A program made the translations under genes and the position numbers. 64,000 nucleotides of DNA from Gemmatimonadales bacterium (GTDB lineage: Bacteria > Gemmatimonadota > Gemmatimonadetes > Gemmatimonadales > GWC2-71-9). The stretch lies in contig JAICLE010000001.1 of the NCBI GenBank assembly GCA_025927545.1, positions 70,313-134,312 on the forward strand, in the 5' to 3' direction. This document shows positions 15,883-26,446 of this stretch, piece by piece. Under the pieces are notes generated by a model. It did no database searches. It was not told the DNA's origin and saw only the letters and a list, made by a program, of their open reading frames with translations. Position 1 is the stretch's first letter, and every line of letters begins with the position of its first letter.

Positions 15883-16632
15883 ATGAGACAACCGCGTCAG
15901 ACGCTCGCCGCCTTCGCATGGACGCTCTGGGCGCCCCTGCTGAGTGCCGGGCTCATCAATCTCGCCGAGGCCCAGGCGCTGCCGCGCGTGATCATCGAGA
16001 CACAGCTCGGGAACATCGAGGTGGAGATCGACAGCGTCCACGCGCCGCTTACCTCGGCGAATTTCCTCCGTTACGTGGACCTGGGCTTCTATCGCTTCGG
16101 CCGGTTTCACCGTACCGTCCGGGCGGACAACCAGCCTCACGACAAGGTGAAGATCGAGGTGGTGCAGGCGGGACTCGACTCGCTCCGGGTCAAGGATTTC
16201 CCGCCGATCACGCTCGAGCGGACCAAGCTCACCGGCCTGTCGCACAAGGACGGCACCATCTCGATGGCGCGCGATGGGCCCAACACGGCGACCTCGGACT
16301 TCTTCATCTGCATCGGCGATCAGCCATCGCTCAATTTCGGCGGGAAGCGGAATCCGGACGGTCAGGGGTTCGCGGCGTTCGGCCGGGTGGTGCTGGGGAT
16401 GGACGTGGTGCGGAAGATCCAGGGCGCGCCTGCCGTGGGGCAGCGGCTCGAGCCGCCGATACCGATCGCGGACATCGTGCGGAAGCGCGCGGCCGGTGGC
16501 GGCGGCGCGGTGGAGGTCGTGGGCGACAGCGCGAGCCGTCCTGATACCGCGCGAGCGATCGGAACTGACAGCCTGGGCGAAGCCGGGGCCGACACGGGCC
16601 AGGCAGGCGCGGTCGACAGTACTTCCCGGTAA
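15883..16632 (+). CDS. secreted cyclophilin-type peptidyl-prolyl cis-trans isomerase
   Basis: Signal peptide, SANFLRYV, GTISMARDGPNTATSDFFICIG, FGRVVLGMDVVRKI, and a low-complexity C-terminal tail. Confidence 0.85.
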   Translation: MRQPRQTLAAFAWTLWAPLLSAGLINLAEAQALPRVIIETQLGNIEVEIDSVHAPLTSANFLRYVDLGFYRFGRFHRTVRADNQPHDKVKIEVVQAGLDSLRVKDFPPITLERTKLTGLSHKDGTISMARDGPNTATSDFFICIGDQPSLNFGGKRNPDGQGFAAFGRVVLGMDVVRKIQGAPAVGQRLEPPIPIADIVRKRAAGGGGAVEVVGDSASRPDTARAIGTDSLGEAGADTGQAGAVDSTSR

Positions 16633-16658
16633 GGCGCACGCACACAGCCGCCGCGGCG

Positions 16659-18491
16659 CTATTGTGCCGTCGTCCCCCGGAGGATCCCCTCCCTTACCCG
16701 CACCGCCTTGGCCGACGCAGTCGGGTCGATCGTCAGCCGGTTCTCCACCCGGGTCACCAGCCGCACCTCCCCGTTCAGTGTCATCGTCCGGCCATCGCGG
16801 CGCACCTCGATAGGCAGCGGCTGCCCCGCCTCCTTCCCGAACCGTTCGCGGAACTGCTCACCGAAGGTGGAGTCGGTGACCGCGATACCACCAAGTCGGA
16901 GGAGCACGTCATCCGGCTTCACGCCGGCCTCTCCCGCCGCGCTGCCGGGATCGACCTGCTTGATCACGATGCCGCCTGTCGAGTCCATCGCGGTGGCGAT
17001 GCCGAGACGCGCCTCCCGGATGGTGTCGGCCACCTCGCGGAGCCCGGCCAGCGGGAGCACCTGCGCCCAGGGGTAGGGCACGCGGCCGTCCACGTACCGG
17101 GCCGCGAAATCCTTGAAGCTCTTTCCGGCTGCGTTGCGTGAGACCGCGCGCCACCAATCCGCCCCCGTGAAGCCGCGGCCCGCCTTGTAGGTGGAGCGGT
17201 AGAGCTCCCGCATGACGTCGTCCAGCGAGTGGCGATTGTCGCTCGCGTCCCGGATGAGCACGTCGAGCAGGAGGCCGGCGAGCGACCCCTTGGGGTAGTA
17301 GAGATAGGAGCTGCCGTCGGTCGGGTGGATCCAGGTCGAGAGCGAGGCGTCCTCGAGCGCCGTGGGCGGCGCCTCCGACAGCTTGCCGATCTTCTCGCTG
17401 GTGACGCCCAGGAACTGGGCGCTGTCGATGATCCCGCCGCGCAGGATCGCGAGGTCGGCGTAGTAGTCGGTGATGCCTTCGCTCACCCAGAGCCAGGGCG
17501 TCGGCTCGCTTCGGTCGTACCGGTACGGCACCATGTCCGCCGGCCGGAGCCGCTTCACGTTCCAGGCGTGGAAGATCTCGTGCGCCGTGATCGAGGCGAG
17601 GATGGGATTCCCGATGAACTGAGGGCTGTAGATGCCCACGTGGGAGTTGGTGTGCTCCAGCGCGCTCCCGCCGCCGTAGGAGGAGTCGAAGATCATCATC
17701 ACCGTGTAGTGCGGCCACGGCGTCTCGCGGAACACGGCGGCCTCGGCGGGGATCATCTTTCCGATCTCGTCCCACGTCTGCGCCCGCGCGGGGCCGGTCA
17801 TCGCTCCCGCCGGATAGGTGGCCAAACGGGTCCAGACCCCCGCCACCCTGGCACTGTCGTAATCCATCCGGCCCACGAAGAACGGCTTGTCCACGAGGTC
17901 GTGATAGTTCCCCTCGTGGTACGTGCCCGCCCGTTGCGGTACGGCCTGCATGCCCGTGGCAATGAGCCAGCCGGGCTCGGTCTTGATCGTCACCGTGGCG
18001 GGAAAGTTGGTGCCGCGCCCCTCGGGGTAGAGCAGGACATTGGTGCCGTTGAACAGGGCGAAATCGGGCCGGGACCACGCCATCGCATTGTCCAGCGAAT
18101 CGGCGAGGTAGTCGAACCGTACCGTCACCGACCGGGCCCCGGCCGGCAGCAGCCGCCAGGTGTCGTAGTCGAGCTTGTCCCAGGCCAGTGCCCTGCCGGC
18201 CGCCCGCGGGTTGAAGTTGGAGACCCAGCGCGCGAAGAAGCTCAGCTCGTAGGCGCCCGGCGTCCACGCCGGAAGCGAGAGCAGCACCGGCCCCGACCCC
18301 GCGACGTCGAAGCTCATCGCGACCTTGATCGTCCGGGATCGCGCGGTGCTCGAGTCGAAGGTGATCTCGTAGCGCACGTTCCCGATGGGAGCCGATACCG
18401 GCGCGGTGGTGCGCTGGGCCGCGGCCGGCGCGGCGGCCAGTGCCCCGATGGCGATCACCAGACCCGACCCGGGCAGGAACCTGCGACGCAT
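16659..18491 (-). CDS. M61 family peptidase with C-terminal PDZ domain
   Basis: HEIFHAWNV...WVSEGITDYY and PDZ GGIVIKQVDPGSAAGEAGVKPDDVLLRLGG. Start at ATG 18491 (GAGG RBS, giving signal peptide MRRRFLPGSGLVIAIGALAAAPAAAQ) is preferred over ATG 18518. Confidence 0.85.
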   Translation of the reverse strand: MRRRFLPGSGLVIAIGALAAAPAAAQRTTAPVSAPIGNVRYEITFDSSTARSRTIKVAMSFDVAGSGPVLLSLPAWTPGAYELSFFARWVSNFNPRAAGRALAWDKLDYDTWRLLPAGARSVTVRFDYLADSLDNAMAWSRPDFALFNGTNVLLYPEGRGTNFPATVTIKTEPGWLIATGMQAVPQRAGTYHEGNYHDLVDKPFFVGRMDYDSARVAGVWTRLATYPAGAMTGPARAQTWDEIGKMIPAEAAVFRETPWPHYTVMMIFDSSYGGGSALEHTNSHVGIYSPQFIGNPILASITAHEIFHAWNVKRLRPADMVPYRYDRSEPTPWLWVSEGITDYYADLAILRGGIIDSAQFLGVTSEKIGKLSEAPPTALEDASLSTWIHPTDGSSYLYYPKGSLAGLLLDVLIRDASDNRHSLDDVMRELYRSTYKAGRGFTGADWWRAVSRNAAGKSFKDFAARYVDGRVPYPWAQVLPLAGLREVADTIREARLGIATAMDSTGGIVIKQVDPGSAAGEAGVKPDDVLLRLGGIAVTDSTFGEQFRERFGKEAGQPLPIEVRRDGRTMTLNGEVRLVTRVENRLTIDPTASAKAVRVREGILRGTTAQ

Positions 18492-18553
18492 GCGGACGCC
18501 TCGTGTGAGAGGATTCATGAGCCGGACGAACGGAGGTGAAGGGTGCGCCTGCC

Positions 18554-18587
18554 GCCGGGTAGATACAAGGGGGACGGCCGGGTAGAT
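18554..18587. repeat. direct repeat GCCGGGTAGAT x2 (23-nt period) in divergent promoter region
   Basis: Exact 11-mers at 18554-18564 and 18577-18587, between the M61 peptidase start and the symporter start. Confidence 0.5.
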
Positions 18588-18619
18588 TTTCCGCTCCTTT
18601 CTTTCCGGAATCTGTCCCC

Positions 18620-19933
18620 ATGACCCACCCGGCTCCGCGGCGCCGTCTGGCGCTGCACACCAAGATCCTGCTCGGTCTGGTCCTCGGCGCGGTGGCCGGC
18701 GTGGTCAGCAATATCTACGCGCGCGAATCGCCCGCGCTGAAGTGGGTGGTGGACGACGTGGCCCAGCCGATCGGGCAGATCTTCCTCCGGATGCTCTTCA
18801 TGGTCGTGGTCCCGCTCGTGTTCGCCTCGGTCACCATGGGCGTGGCATCGCTGGGCGATCTCCGGCGCATCGGCCGGGTCGGGGTCAAGACGCTGGTCAT
18901 CTTCCTGCTCACGACGGCGCTCGCCGTGTGCGTCGGGCTCACGCTGGTCAACCTGATCCGGCCCGGCGACGCGCTCGATCCTGCCATGCGCACGGCGCTC
19001 ATGGCGGAATATTCGTCGCAGGCCGGGGAGAAGCTGGTCGCCTCCGAGGAGACCAGGTTCGGCGTCAACACGTTCGTCAACGTCGTCCCGCGCAACCCGG
19101 TCGCCTCCGCGGCCAACGGCGACATGCTGGGCCTCATCTTCTTCAGCCTCGTGTTCGGCATCGCGCTCACCCTGATCGCCGAAGAGGCGGCCAAGCCGGT
19201 GATGCGGCTCCTGGAGGGGATCAATCAGGCTGTCATGGTGATCATCGGCTTCGCGATGCGGCTGGCGCCCCTTGGCGTGGCCGGGCTCATCTTCTCGGTC
19301 ACGGCCAGGTTCGGCTTCGACGTACTCAAATCACTCGGCCTCTACGTCGTCACGGTGCTGGTCGCACTGGCGATCCACCAGTTCGGCGTGATCGGTCTCA
19401 TCGCGAAGGCCTTCGTCGGGATCGGCCCGCGCAGCTTCTTCTCGCGCGCCCGCGCGCTGATGATCACCGCATTTTCCACGTCCAGCTCGAACGCCACGCT
19501 TCCGACCACCATCCGCACGGCGGAGGACAACTTCGGGGTGCCCCCGGAGATTGCCGGGTTCGTTCTTCCGCTCGGCGCGACGATGAACATGAACGGGACG
19601 GCGCTGTTCGAAGGGGTGACCGTGCTCTTCCTGGCCCAGGTGTTCGCGGTCCAGATGGATCTGGTGACCCAGATCGTCGTGATCATCATGGCGGTGGTCA
19701 CGGCCATCGGCGTGGCGGGCGTGCCCAGCGGCTCGATTCCGCTGCTGGTGATGGTACTCGGGATGGTGGGGGTGCCGCCGGAGGGAATCGCGCTTGTCCT
19801 GGGGGTCGACCGGATTCTGGACATGGCGCGGACGGTGCCCAACGTCACGGGCGACCTGCTCACCGCGCTCATCGTTGCCCGGAGCGAGCGGCTGCCGCTG
19901 GTAGTGCCGGAGCGGAGCGACACCGCGGCGTGA
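18620..19933 (+). CDS. dicarboxylate/amino acid:cation symporter (DAACS/GltP family)
   Basis: FSTSSSNATLPTT, GATMNMNGTAL and GVPSGSIPLL motifs in a multi-TM protein. Confidence 0.9.
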   Translation: MTHPAPRRRLALHTKILLGLVLGAVAGVVSNIYARESPALKWVVDDVAQPIGQIFLRMLFMVVVPLVFASVTMGVASLGDLRRIGRVGVKTLVIFLLTTALAVCVGLTLVNLIRPGDALDPAMRTALMAEYSSQAGEKLVASEETRFGVNTFVNVVPRNPVASAANGDMLGLIFFSLVFGIALTLIAEEAAKPVMRLLEGINQAVMVIIGFAMRLAPLGVAGLIFSVTARFGFDVLKSLGLYVVTVLVALAIHQFGVIGLIAKAFVGIGPRSFFSRARALMITAFSTSSSNATLPTTIRTAEDNFGVPPEIAGFVLPLGATMNMNGTALFEGVTVLFLAQVFAVQMDLVTQIVVIIMAVVTAIGVAGVPSGSIPLLVMVLGMVGVPPEGIALVLGVDRILDMARTVPNVTGDLLTALIVARSERLPLVVPERSDTAA

Positions 19934-19952
19934 GGGCGGGGGTGAAGTTGTC

Positions 19953-21089
19953 CTAGCTCCGGCCGGCCCCCGCCAGCACCGCCGCCTTGGCTTCGATCCC
20001 GGCCAGCAGCGCCGAGTACGACGCCGCGAACTTCGCCACGCCTTCCGTCTCCAGCGCCTGCGTGATCGCGCCGAGGTCGATGCCGAGTTCGGCCAGCGCA
20101 CGGAGCTGCCCGGGCGCGGCGGCCACGCCGTCCTGAATCCGCACGACGGGACTGCCGTGCTCGCGATAGGCCGCGAAGGTCTCGGGCGGCAGCGTGTTGA
20201 CCGTGCGGGGCGCCACCAGCGCTTCAACGTAGCGCACGTCGGAGTAGCGCGGGTCCTTGGTGCTGGTGGACGCCCAGAGTGGCCGTTGGGGACGGGCGCC
20301 GGCCTTGGCCAGACGGTCCCAGCGCGGTGTGCCCAGCGACCACTCGAACAGCCGGTAGGCGGCGCAGGCGTTGGCAATCGCGATCCGGCCCCGGAGCGCT
20401 TCCGGGTCGCCCAGGCGGTCGAGCAGCGGGTCCACTTTCGCGTCCACCCGGCTCACGAAGAAGCTCGCCACCGAGGCGATCGTCCGGAGCGGGAGCCCGG
20501 CCTCGACCCGGCGCTCGAGTCCTTCGAGGAAGGCCTCGATCACTTCCGCGTAGCGCTCCACCGAGAAGAGCAGGGTGACGTTGACGCTCACGCCGGCGGC
20601 GATGCAGTGGGTGATCGCCGGCAGTCCCTCGCGCGTGCCGGGAATCTTGATCATCGCGTTGGTGCGGTCGAGAAGGCGCCAGAGCCGCTCGGCCTCGTGG
20701 ATGGTCGCGTCGGTGTCCCGCGCGAGCGCGGGCGACACCTCGAGCGAGACCAGCCCGTCGCTTCCCCCCGTGGCGTGGTGCACGCCGGCGAAGGCGTCGC
20801 ACGCCGCCTGGACGTCGGCCACGGCCAGGTGCTCGAAGATCTCCTGCGCGCTCCGGCCCGTGTCGGCCAGCCCGCGGATCTCGGCGTCGTAGAGCCGGCT
20901 CGCCGCGATCGCTGTCTCGAAGATGGTGGGGTTGGAGGTCATTCCCCGGAGCCCGTCGTCCGCGATGAGCCGGGCCAACTCGCCGCTGGTCATCAGGTCG
21001 CGGGTGATGTAGTCGTACCAGGGGCTCTGGCCCAACTCGCCGAGGCGGACGAGCGGGTTCACCGCGGGTGACGTGCGACCGGTCGTCAT
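19953..21089 (-). CDS. tal: transaldolase
   Basis: [13 protein letters not shown]...[11 protein letters not shown]...IKIPGT. The ATG at 21089 overlaps the tkt stop (ATGA). The listed 746-aa ORF is an artefactual 5' extension over tkt. Confidence 0.9.
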   Translation of the reverse strand: MTTGRTSPAVNPLVRLGELGQSPWYDYITRDLMTSGELARLIADDGLRGMTSNPTIFETAIAASRLYDAEIRGLADTGRSAQEIFEHLAVADVQAACDAFAGVHHATGGSDGLVSLEVSPALARDTDATIHEAERLWRLLDRTNAMIKIPGTREGLPAITHCIAAGVSVNVTLLFSVERYAEVIEAFLEGLERRVEAGLPLRTIASVASFFVSRVDAKVDPLLDRLGDPEALRGRIAIANACAAYRLFEWSLGTPRWDRLAKAGARPQRPLWASTSTKDPRYSDVRYVEALVAPRTVNTLPPETFAAYREHGSPVVRIQDGVAAAPGQLRALAELGIDLGAITQALETEGVAKFAASYSALLAGIEAKAAVLAGAGRS

Positions 21090-23350
21090 GCGCTGCCCTC
21101 CCTGGCGCCGGGGGTGTGCCGCCGTGCCAGCAGTTGCCGCACCATCTCGGCGGCGTGCTCGGCGGTGAACTTGAACTCCTGGAACAGCCGGCCGCCTGGC
21201 GCACTGGCGCCGAACCCTTCCATGGCCAGCACGGCGCCTTCGTCCGTGACCCAGCGCCGCCAGCCGAAAGGCGAGGCCGCCTCGATGCCCAGGCGCGCGC
21301 GCACGGCCGGCGGCAGGACCTCGCTCCGATATGCCTCCGGCTGCGCGGCGAACAGCTCCCATGACGGCATCGAGACCACCCGGACCCGCACCCGGTCGGC
21401 CTGCAGCAGCCGGGCGGCGCCCAGCGCCACGTGGACCTCGGAGCCGGTGGCGATGAGGATCGCCTGCGGCGTCCCGCCCGGCGGATCGAGCAGGACGTAG
21501 GCGCCGCGCGACACGCCGTCGGCCGCGCCGAGGGTCGCGCGGTCGAGTACGGGGAGCTTCTGGCGGGTCAGGACCAGCATCGTCGGACCCACGGTGCGCG
21601 CCATCGCGATGCGCCAGGCTTCGATCGTCTCGGTCGCGTCGGCGGGCCGCAGCGTGACGAGGTTCGGAATGGCGCGGAGCATGGCCAACTGCTCGACCGG
21701 CTGGTGCGTCGGGCCGTCCTCGCCGAGCCCGATCGAGTCGTGCGTGCCGATGTAGATGACCGGCAGGTGCATGATCGCGGCAAGCCGGACGGCCGGCTTC
21801 ATGAAATCCGAGAAGACCAGAAAGCTGCTGCCGAAGCCGCGGACGCCGCCGTGGGCGGCGATGCCGTTGAGGCAGGCCGCCATCCCGTGCTCCCGAATGC
21901 CCCAATGAATGGTCCGGCCCGTGGTGGTCGGGCCGAAGGTGCCGCCCTGCTTGAGGGTGGTGCCGGTGCTGCCGCCCAGATCCGCGGAGCCGCCGACGAG
22001 GTTGGGCACCGCCGCCGCGATGGCCTGCAGCGCCAGCCCGGATGCCTGGCGCGTGGCCAGCGGAGCGCTGTCGCGAGTCAGCGCGGGGAGCTCGCGGTCC
22101 CAGCCGTCGGGAAGGGTGCCGGCGAGCCACTGCTCCAGCTCCCGCGCGGCGTCCGGGTGCTCGGCCGCGTACGCGGCGAGGCGCGTGCGCCACTCGGCCT
22201 CGAGCGCCACGCCCCGAGCCGCCGACTCGCGCCAGTGGCCGAGCGCGTCCTCGGGCACGTAGAACGCGGGCTCCGCGGGCCAGCCCATGATCTCCTTGGT
22301 GCGCCGCACCTCGGCGGCGCCGAGCGGCTCGCCGTGGGCCTGATTCGTATTCCGCTTGGTCGGGGCCGGGTCGGCGATGTACGTCCGGAGGATGATGAGC
22401 GTCGGCCGCGCGGTTTCGTCGCGGGCCGCCTCGAGTGCCGCGGCGATGGCGGTGAGGTCGTTGCCGTCGGCGACGCGGACCACGTGCCAGCCGTACGCCT
22501 CGTAGCGGCGCTGCACGTCATCGGAGAACGAGAGTGCGGTGTCCCCGTCGATGGTGATGTGGTTGTCGTCGTAGATCAGCGCGAGCTTGCCCAGCCGGAG
22601 ATGCCCGGCGAGCGAGCAGGCCTCGCTCGCCACGCCCTCCATCATGTCGCCGTCACTGGCGAACGCCCAGGTGCGGTGGTCCACGATCCGGTGGCCCGGG
22701 CGGTTGAACCGGTCGGCCAGGAAGCGCTCCGCCATCGCCATCCCGACCGCGTTGCCGACGCCCTGGCCCAGCGGCCCGGTCGTGGTCTCGACCCCCGGCG
22801 TGTGGCCGCGCTCGGGATGGCCCGGCGTACGGGAGCCCCACTGGCGGAACGCCTTGAGGTCGTCGAGCGAGAGATCGTAGCCCGACAGATAGAGCAGGGA
22901 GTAGAGCAGCATCGAGGCGTGGCCGCACGACAGCACGAAGCGGTCGCGGTCGGGCCAGACGGGGTTCCCGGGATTGTGCCGGAGGTAGCGGTGCCACAGC
23001 ACGTAAGCCGCGGGCGCGAGCGCCATCGGCGTGCCGGGGTGACCCGACTGCGCGGCTTCGACCGCATCCATCGAGAGGGCGCGGATGGCGTTGATGCTGC
23101 GCCAGGCGAGTGCGTCGGGCCGGGCGTCCGGTGCGGCGTCCGTCCTGGTGGCGCCTCGCGTGGGCCGGGTGCCGGTGCTCTCTGCGGTCAGACGGGCTCC
23201 TTTCGGGCGCGGTTTCCCGGCGCCGAGCGACGTACGGAGGGGAAGCGAGGAAGATAATCGCGGATGCGGCGCGAAACACTCGGTTCCGGGCCCGTTCTCG
23301 ACGTGACCGCTCGGCCCGGTTATGATGCGACCGACCCCGCTCCACTCCAC
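21086..23350 (-). CDS. tkt: transketolase
   Basis: [28 protein letters not shown] plus TPP and pyrimidine-binding regions. Coordinates are the maximal GTG-started ORF; the true start is probably the CTG at 23191 behind an AAGGAG RBS (see findings). Confidence 0.9.
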   Translation of the reverse strand: MEWSGVGRIITGPSGHVENGPGTECFAPHPRLSSSLPLRTSLGAGKPRPKGARLTAESTGTRPTRGATRTDAAPDARPDALAWRSINAIRALSMDAVEAAQSGHPGTPMALAPAAYVLWHRYLRHNPGNPVWPDRDRFVLSCGHASMLLYSLLYLSGYDLSLDDLKAFRQWGSRTPGHPERGHTPGVETTTGPLGQGVGNAVGMAMAERFLADRFNRPGHRIVDHRTWAFASDGDMMEGVASEACSLAGHLRLGKLALIYDDNHITIDGDTALSFSDDVQRRYEAYGWHVVRVADGNDLTAIAAALEAARDETARPTLIILRTYIADPAPTKRNTNQAHGEPLGAAEVRRTKEIMGWPAEPAFYVPEDALGHWRESAARGVALEAEWRTRLAAYAAEHPDAARELEQWLAGTLPDGWDRELPALTRDSAPLATRQASGLALQAIAAAVPNLVGGSADLGGSTGTTLKQGGTFGPTTTGRTIHWGIREHGMAACLNGIAAHGGVRGFGSSFLVFSDFMKPAVRLAAIMHLPVIYIGTHDSIGLGEDGPTHQPVEQLAMLRAIPNLVTLRPADATETIEAWRIAMARTVGPTMLVLTRQKLPVLDRATLGAADGVSRGAYVLLDPPGGTPQAILIATGSEVHVALGAARLLQADRVRVRVVSMPSWELFAAQPEAYRSEVLPPAVRARLGIEAASPFGWRRWVTDEGAVLAMEGFGASAPGGRLFQEFKFTAEHAAEMVRQLLARRHTPGAREGSA

Positions 23351-23397
23351 GTCATCGTGGGCCCGGTCGGCCTGGCGCCCACGCCGGAGGCACAGCC

Positions 23398-25158
23398 GTG
23401 ATCGGCAGACTGCTGGGGCGCCGCGCCATCCTGTCGGAGCGCGAGCAGGACCTGCGCGCGCGCGAGCACGAGCTGCTGGACCGGCTCGCGGGCGCGCTCG
23501 AACGGTTCGGCACCGACGTCGACGCGGACGACCTCCGCCGGTTCCAGGAGGCGCGCGACCAGCTCGAGGGCCTGTTCCTCCTGGTCGTGGCCGGCGAGTT
23601 CAACTCCGGCAAGTCGAGCTTCATCAACGCGCTGCTCGGCGAGCGGGTGCTGCCCGAAGGCGTCACCCCCACCACCGACCGGATCAACCGGCTGCGCTAC
23701 GGCGCGGAGCCCTCCGAGCACCTGCTGGAGGCGTACCTGCTCGATCGCACCTACCCGGCCGACCTGCTGCGCGAGATCACCATCGTGGACACGCCGGGCA
23801 CCAACGCCATCATCCGGCGTCACGAGGAGCTGACGCGGGACTTTCTCCCCCGCTCCGATCTCGTGCTCTTCGTCACCAGCGCCGACCGGCCGTTCACCGA
23901 GAGCGAGCGCGGGTTCCTCGAGCAGATCCGCGAGTGGGGCAAGAAGATCGTGTTCGTGGTGAACAAGATCGACATTCTCACCCGGCCCGAGGACCAGCAG
24001 CAGGTGCTCGACTTCGTGCGGGACAACGCCGCGGCGCTGGTCGGCGAGCCGCCTCGGCTGTTCGCGGTGTCCGCCCGCGACGCGCTCGCGGCGCGCGCCG
24101 CGGGCTCGGCCGAAGGCTGGCAGGGGAGCGGCTTCGAGGCCATGGTGCAGTACCTGGTGCGCACGCTCGACCAGCAGGAGCGGATCCGCCTCAAGCTGCT
24201 CAATCCGCTCAACGTGGGGCTCCGCCTGGCGGCCCGGTACAAGGACGTCGCGTTCCAGCGGCTCAAGCTGCTGGCGCAGGACATCGAGACCATCCAGAGC
24301 ATCGACCGGCAGCTCGCCCTCTTCCACGACGAGATGGTGCGCGACGTGGAGCCGCGGCTCTCCCGGCTCGACGTGCTGCTGGGGGACATGGAGCAGCGCG
24401 GCATGCGGTTCTTCGAGGAGACGCTCCGCATCGGTCGGATCCGCACCCTGCTGGACAGTGAGGGGGTGCGGCGCGCGTTCGAGCGTGAGGTCATTGGCGA
24501 CACGCCAGCCCAGCTCGAGGCGGAGACCGGCCGGATCATCGACTGGATCGTCGAGCGGAACCTGAAGGCGTGGCAGGACGTGAGCGGCTACATCGACCGG
24601 CGGCAGATCGAGCGCCACCGCGAGGGCATGGTGGGGGAGGTGGGCGGCAGCTTCACCTACAACCGGCAGGCGCTGCTCGAGTCGATCGGGCGGGTGGCGC
24701 GGGAGACCGTCGGAAGCTACGATCGGGATGCCGAGGCGCGCGCCATCGCCAACGACGTGCAGGGGACGTTCGCCACGACCGCCCTTGCCCAAGCCGGCGC
24801 GCTCGGCCTGGGCACGCTGGTCGTCACCCTCCTCACGGGCGCCGTGGCCGATGTGACCGGACTTCTCCTCGCTACCGCGCTCGCCATTGGCGGCTTCTAC
24901 GTGATCCCGCGCAAGCGCCGGCAGGCGCAGCGCGAATTCTCGCGGCGCATCGCCGAGCTGCGCACCAGGCTGCGTGAGGGACTCACCCGGCAGGTGCATC
25001 TCGAGATCACCCAGTCCGCCGAGCGGATCAACCAGGCGATCGCTCCCTACCGCCGCTTTGTGCAGAGCACGCAGCAGGAGCTCACCGACGCGCGCGGCGC
25101 GCTGGTGGCCACCGAGGACTCGCTGCTGCGCCTCCGGGAGGAGATCGAACGGCCATGA
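23398..25158 (+). CDS. bacterial dynamin-like GTPase with C-terminal membrane-insertion segment
   Basis: G1 [10 protein letters not shown]3 DTPG, G4 NKID, long helical stalk, and hydrophobic paddle [44 protein letters not shown] is 7 nt before the GTG. Confidence 0.85.
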   Translation: MIGRLLGRRAILSEREQDLRAREHELLDRLAGALERFGTDVDADDLRRFQEARDQLEGLFLLVVAGEFNSGKSSFINALLGERVLPEGVTPTTDRINRLRYGAEPSEHLLEAYLLDRTYPADLLREITIVDTPGTNAIIRRHEELTRDFLPRSDLVLFVTSADRPFTESERGFLEQIREWGKKIVFVVNKIDILTRPEDQQQVLDFVRDNAAALVGEPPRLFAVSARDALAARAAGSAEGWQGSGFEAMVQYLVRTLDQQERIRLKLLNPLNVGLRLAARYKDVAFQRLKLLAQDIETIQSIDRQLALFHDEMVRDVEPRLSRLDVLLGDMEQRGMRFFEETLRIGRIRTLLDSEGVRRAFEREVIGDTPAQLEAETGRIIDWIVERNLKAWQDVSGYIDRRQIERHREGMVGEVGGSFTYNRQALLESIGRVARETVGSYDRDAEARAIANDVQGTFATTALAQAGALGLGTLVVTLLTGAVADVTGLLLATALAIGGFYVIPRKRRQAQREFSRRIAELRTRLREGLTRQVHLEITQSAERINQAIAPYRRFVQSTQQELTDARGALVATEDSLLRLREEIERP

Positions 25159-25781
25159 TGGACGAGACGGAGCCGGGGGGCGGCCGCTGGGAGCGGGCGC
25201 GGCGGGCGCAGAGCGGCCGGCCGCTGCTCGGCATCCTTCTGGTCGGGGTCGTGGTGCCGATCCTCATCGGGGCGGCGGTGGTGCTGATCGCCGGCCGGGG
25301 CGTCGGCTTCGAAGCGGTCCGCCGGCTCACCGCGCGGAAGTTTCCCGACATCCAGTGGATCGACCGGGCGGAGTTTGCCCGCTGGCGCGAGGACCCGAGC
25401 CGCACCCAGCCGCTCGTGCTGGACGCGCGCACCCTGCCCGAATATCAGATCAGCCATCTGCGCGAGGCGGTGCGGATGGATGCGGGCCGGCCGAGCCTCC
25501 GGCCGCTGCGCGGCCTCCCGAAGAACGCCCCGCTCGTAGTGTACGGGTCGGTCGGCTACCGCGGGGGGCGGCTGGCGCACTGGCTGCAGGGGCAGGGGTA
25601 CACCAACGTGCGGAATCTCAGCGGCGGAATCTTCCAGTGGACCAACGAAGGCCGCCCGATTTTCCGCGATGGCCGGCCCACCCTCGAGGTGCATCCGTAT
25701 GACAGCCGCTGGGGGCGGCTGCTGGAGTCCCGCTACCGGGCAGCGGTGCCCGACGTCGAGACTCCGTTCGCGGCGCCGTGA
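25155..25781 (+). CDS. membrane-anchored rhodanese-homology domain protein (catalytic Cys replaced)
   Basis: ATGA overlap with the dynamin stop. N-terminal TM LLGILLVGVVVPILIGAAVVLIA. Rhodanese fold LVLDARTLPEYQISHLREAV...LVVYGSVGYRGGRLAHWLQGQGYTNVRNLSGGIFQW, with Gly where the active-site Cys is expected. Confidence 0.75.
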   Translation: MMDETEPGGGRWERARRAQSGRPLLGILLVGVVVPILIGAAVVLIAGRGVGFEAVRRLTARKFPDIQWIDRAEFARWREDPSRTQPLVLDARTLPEYQISHLREAVRMDAGRPSLRPLRGLPKNAPLVVYGSVGYRGGRLAHWLQGQGYTNVRNLSGGIFQWTNEGRPIFRDGRPTLEVHPYDSRWGRLLESRYRAAVPDVETPFAAP

Positions 25782-25793
25782 GCCGGCCGCGCC

Positions 25794-26291
25794 TCAGATG
25801 ACCGAGGGCTCGGGGGCGCGGGCGTCGTCGTCTTCGTCGCCCTCGCCGCTCTGGTTCCAGATGTCGGCTGTCAGCTTCCACGAGCCGTCGCGCTGCCGCT
25901 TGAGGCACATGACGTACTTCCCGGAGTCGGCCGGCTCCTCCTCGGTGGCCGGAAGATTGTAGCGTCCGACCAGGTAGCCGAGGTCGCCGTCAACCTCCAC
26001 GGCGAGTGTCGTCACCTCCAGCCCCTCATCAGTTCCCTGGCTCCAGTACGCGCCAATGGCCTCACGCCCCCGCACCGGCTCGTGGTCCGGAGGAAGGAGC
26101 ACGGCGTCGTCCGCATACAGGTCGGCGAGCGCCTTGGCGTCACCCTCGTTCGAGGCGGTGACGTAACGCCGCACCGCCGCCTCGATGGCCTGGCGCGCCC
26201 CCGCCTCCGGCGGTTTCGGAGTTGAAGCACACGCCGATACCAGGGCGGCACTCAGCAGGCAGGCCAGCCCGATCCCTGCGCGGCCTGTCAT
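25794..26291 (-). CDS. SnoaL-like / DUF4440 (NTF2-fold) lipoprotein
   Basis: Lipobox LVSAC, then YVTASNEGDAKALADLYADDAVLLPPDHEPVRGREAIGAYW, and an acidic C-terminal tail. Start at ATG 26291. Confidence 0.75.
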   Translation of the reverse strand: MTGRAGIGLACLLSAALVSACASTPKPPEAGARQAIEAAVRRYVTASNEGDAKALADLYADDAVLLPPDHEPVRGREAIGAYWSQGTDEGLEVTTLAVEVDGDLGYLVGRYNLPATEEEPADSGKYVMCLKRQRDGSWKLTADIWNQSGEGDEDDDARAPEPSVI

Positions 26292-26446
26292 TCTGGCGTC
26301 ATTCTTGCTAGATTCCCCAGTTGTCATTCGCCGGTCTGCCATGCAGGCCCTCACATTCACCCTCGAATTGGATCTTTGTGGCACGCAGACCACGTCATCG
26401 CAGCGCAGTTTCCACCTCCAGCTTTCGCCGGTCACCCGGCCGCTCC

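Noticed and set aside
21090-22193. N-terminal 368 codons of the 746-aa ORF 19953-22193
   Set aside because: It overlaps transketolase out of frame. Recognisable transaldolase sequence starts at ATG 21089, which forms an ATGA junction with the tkt stop.
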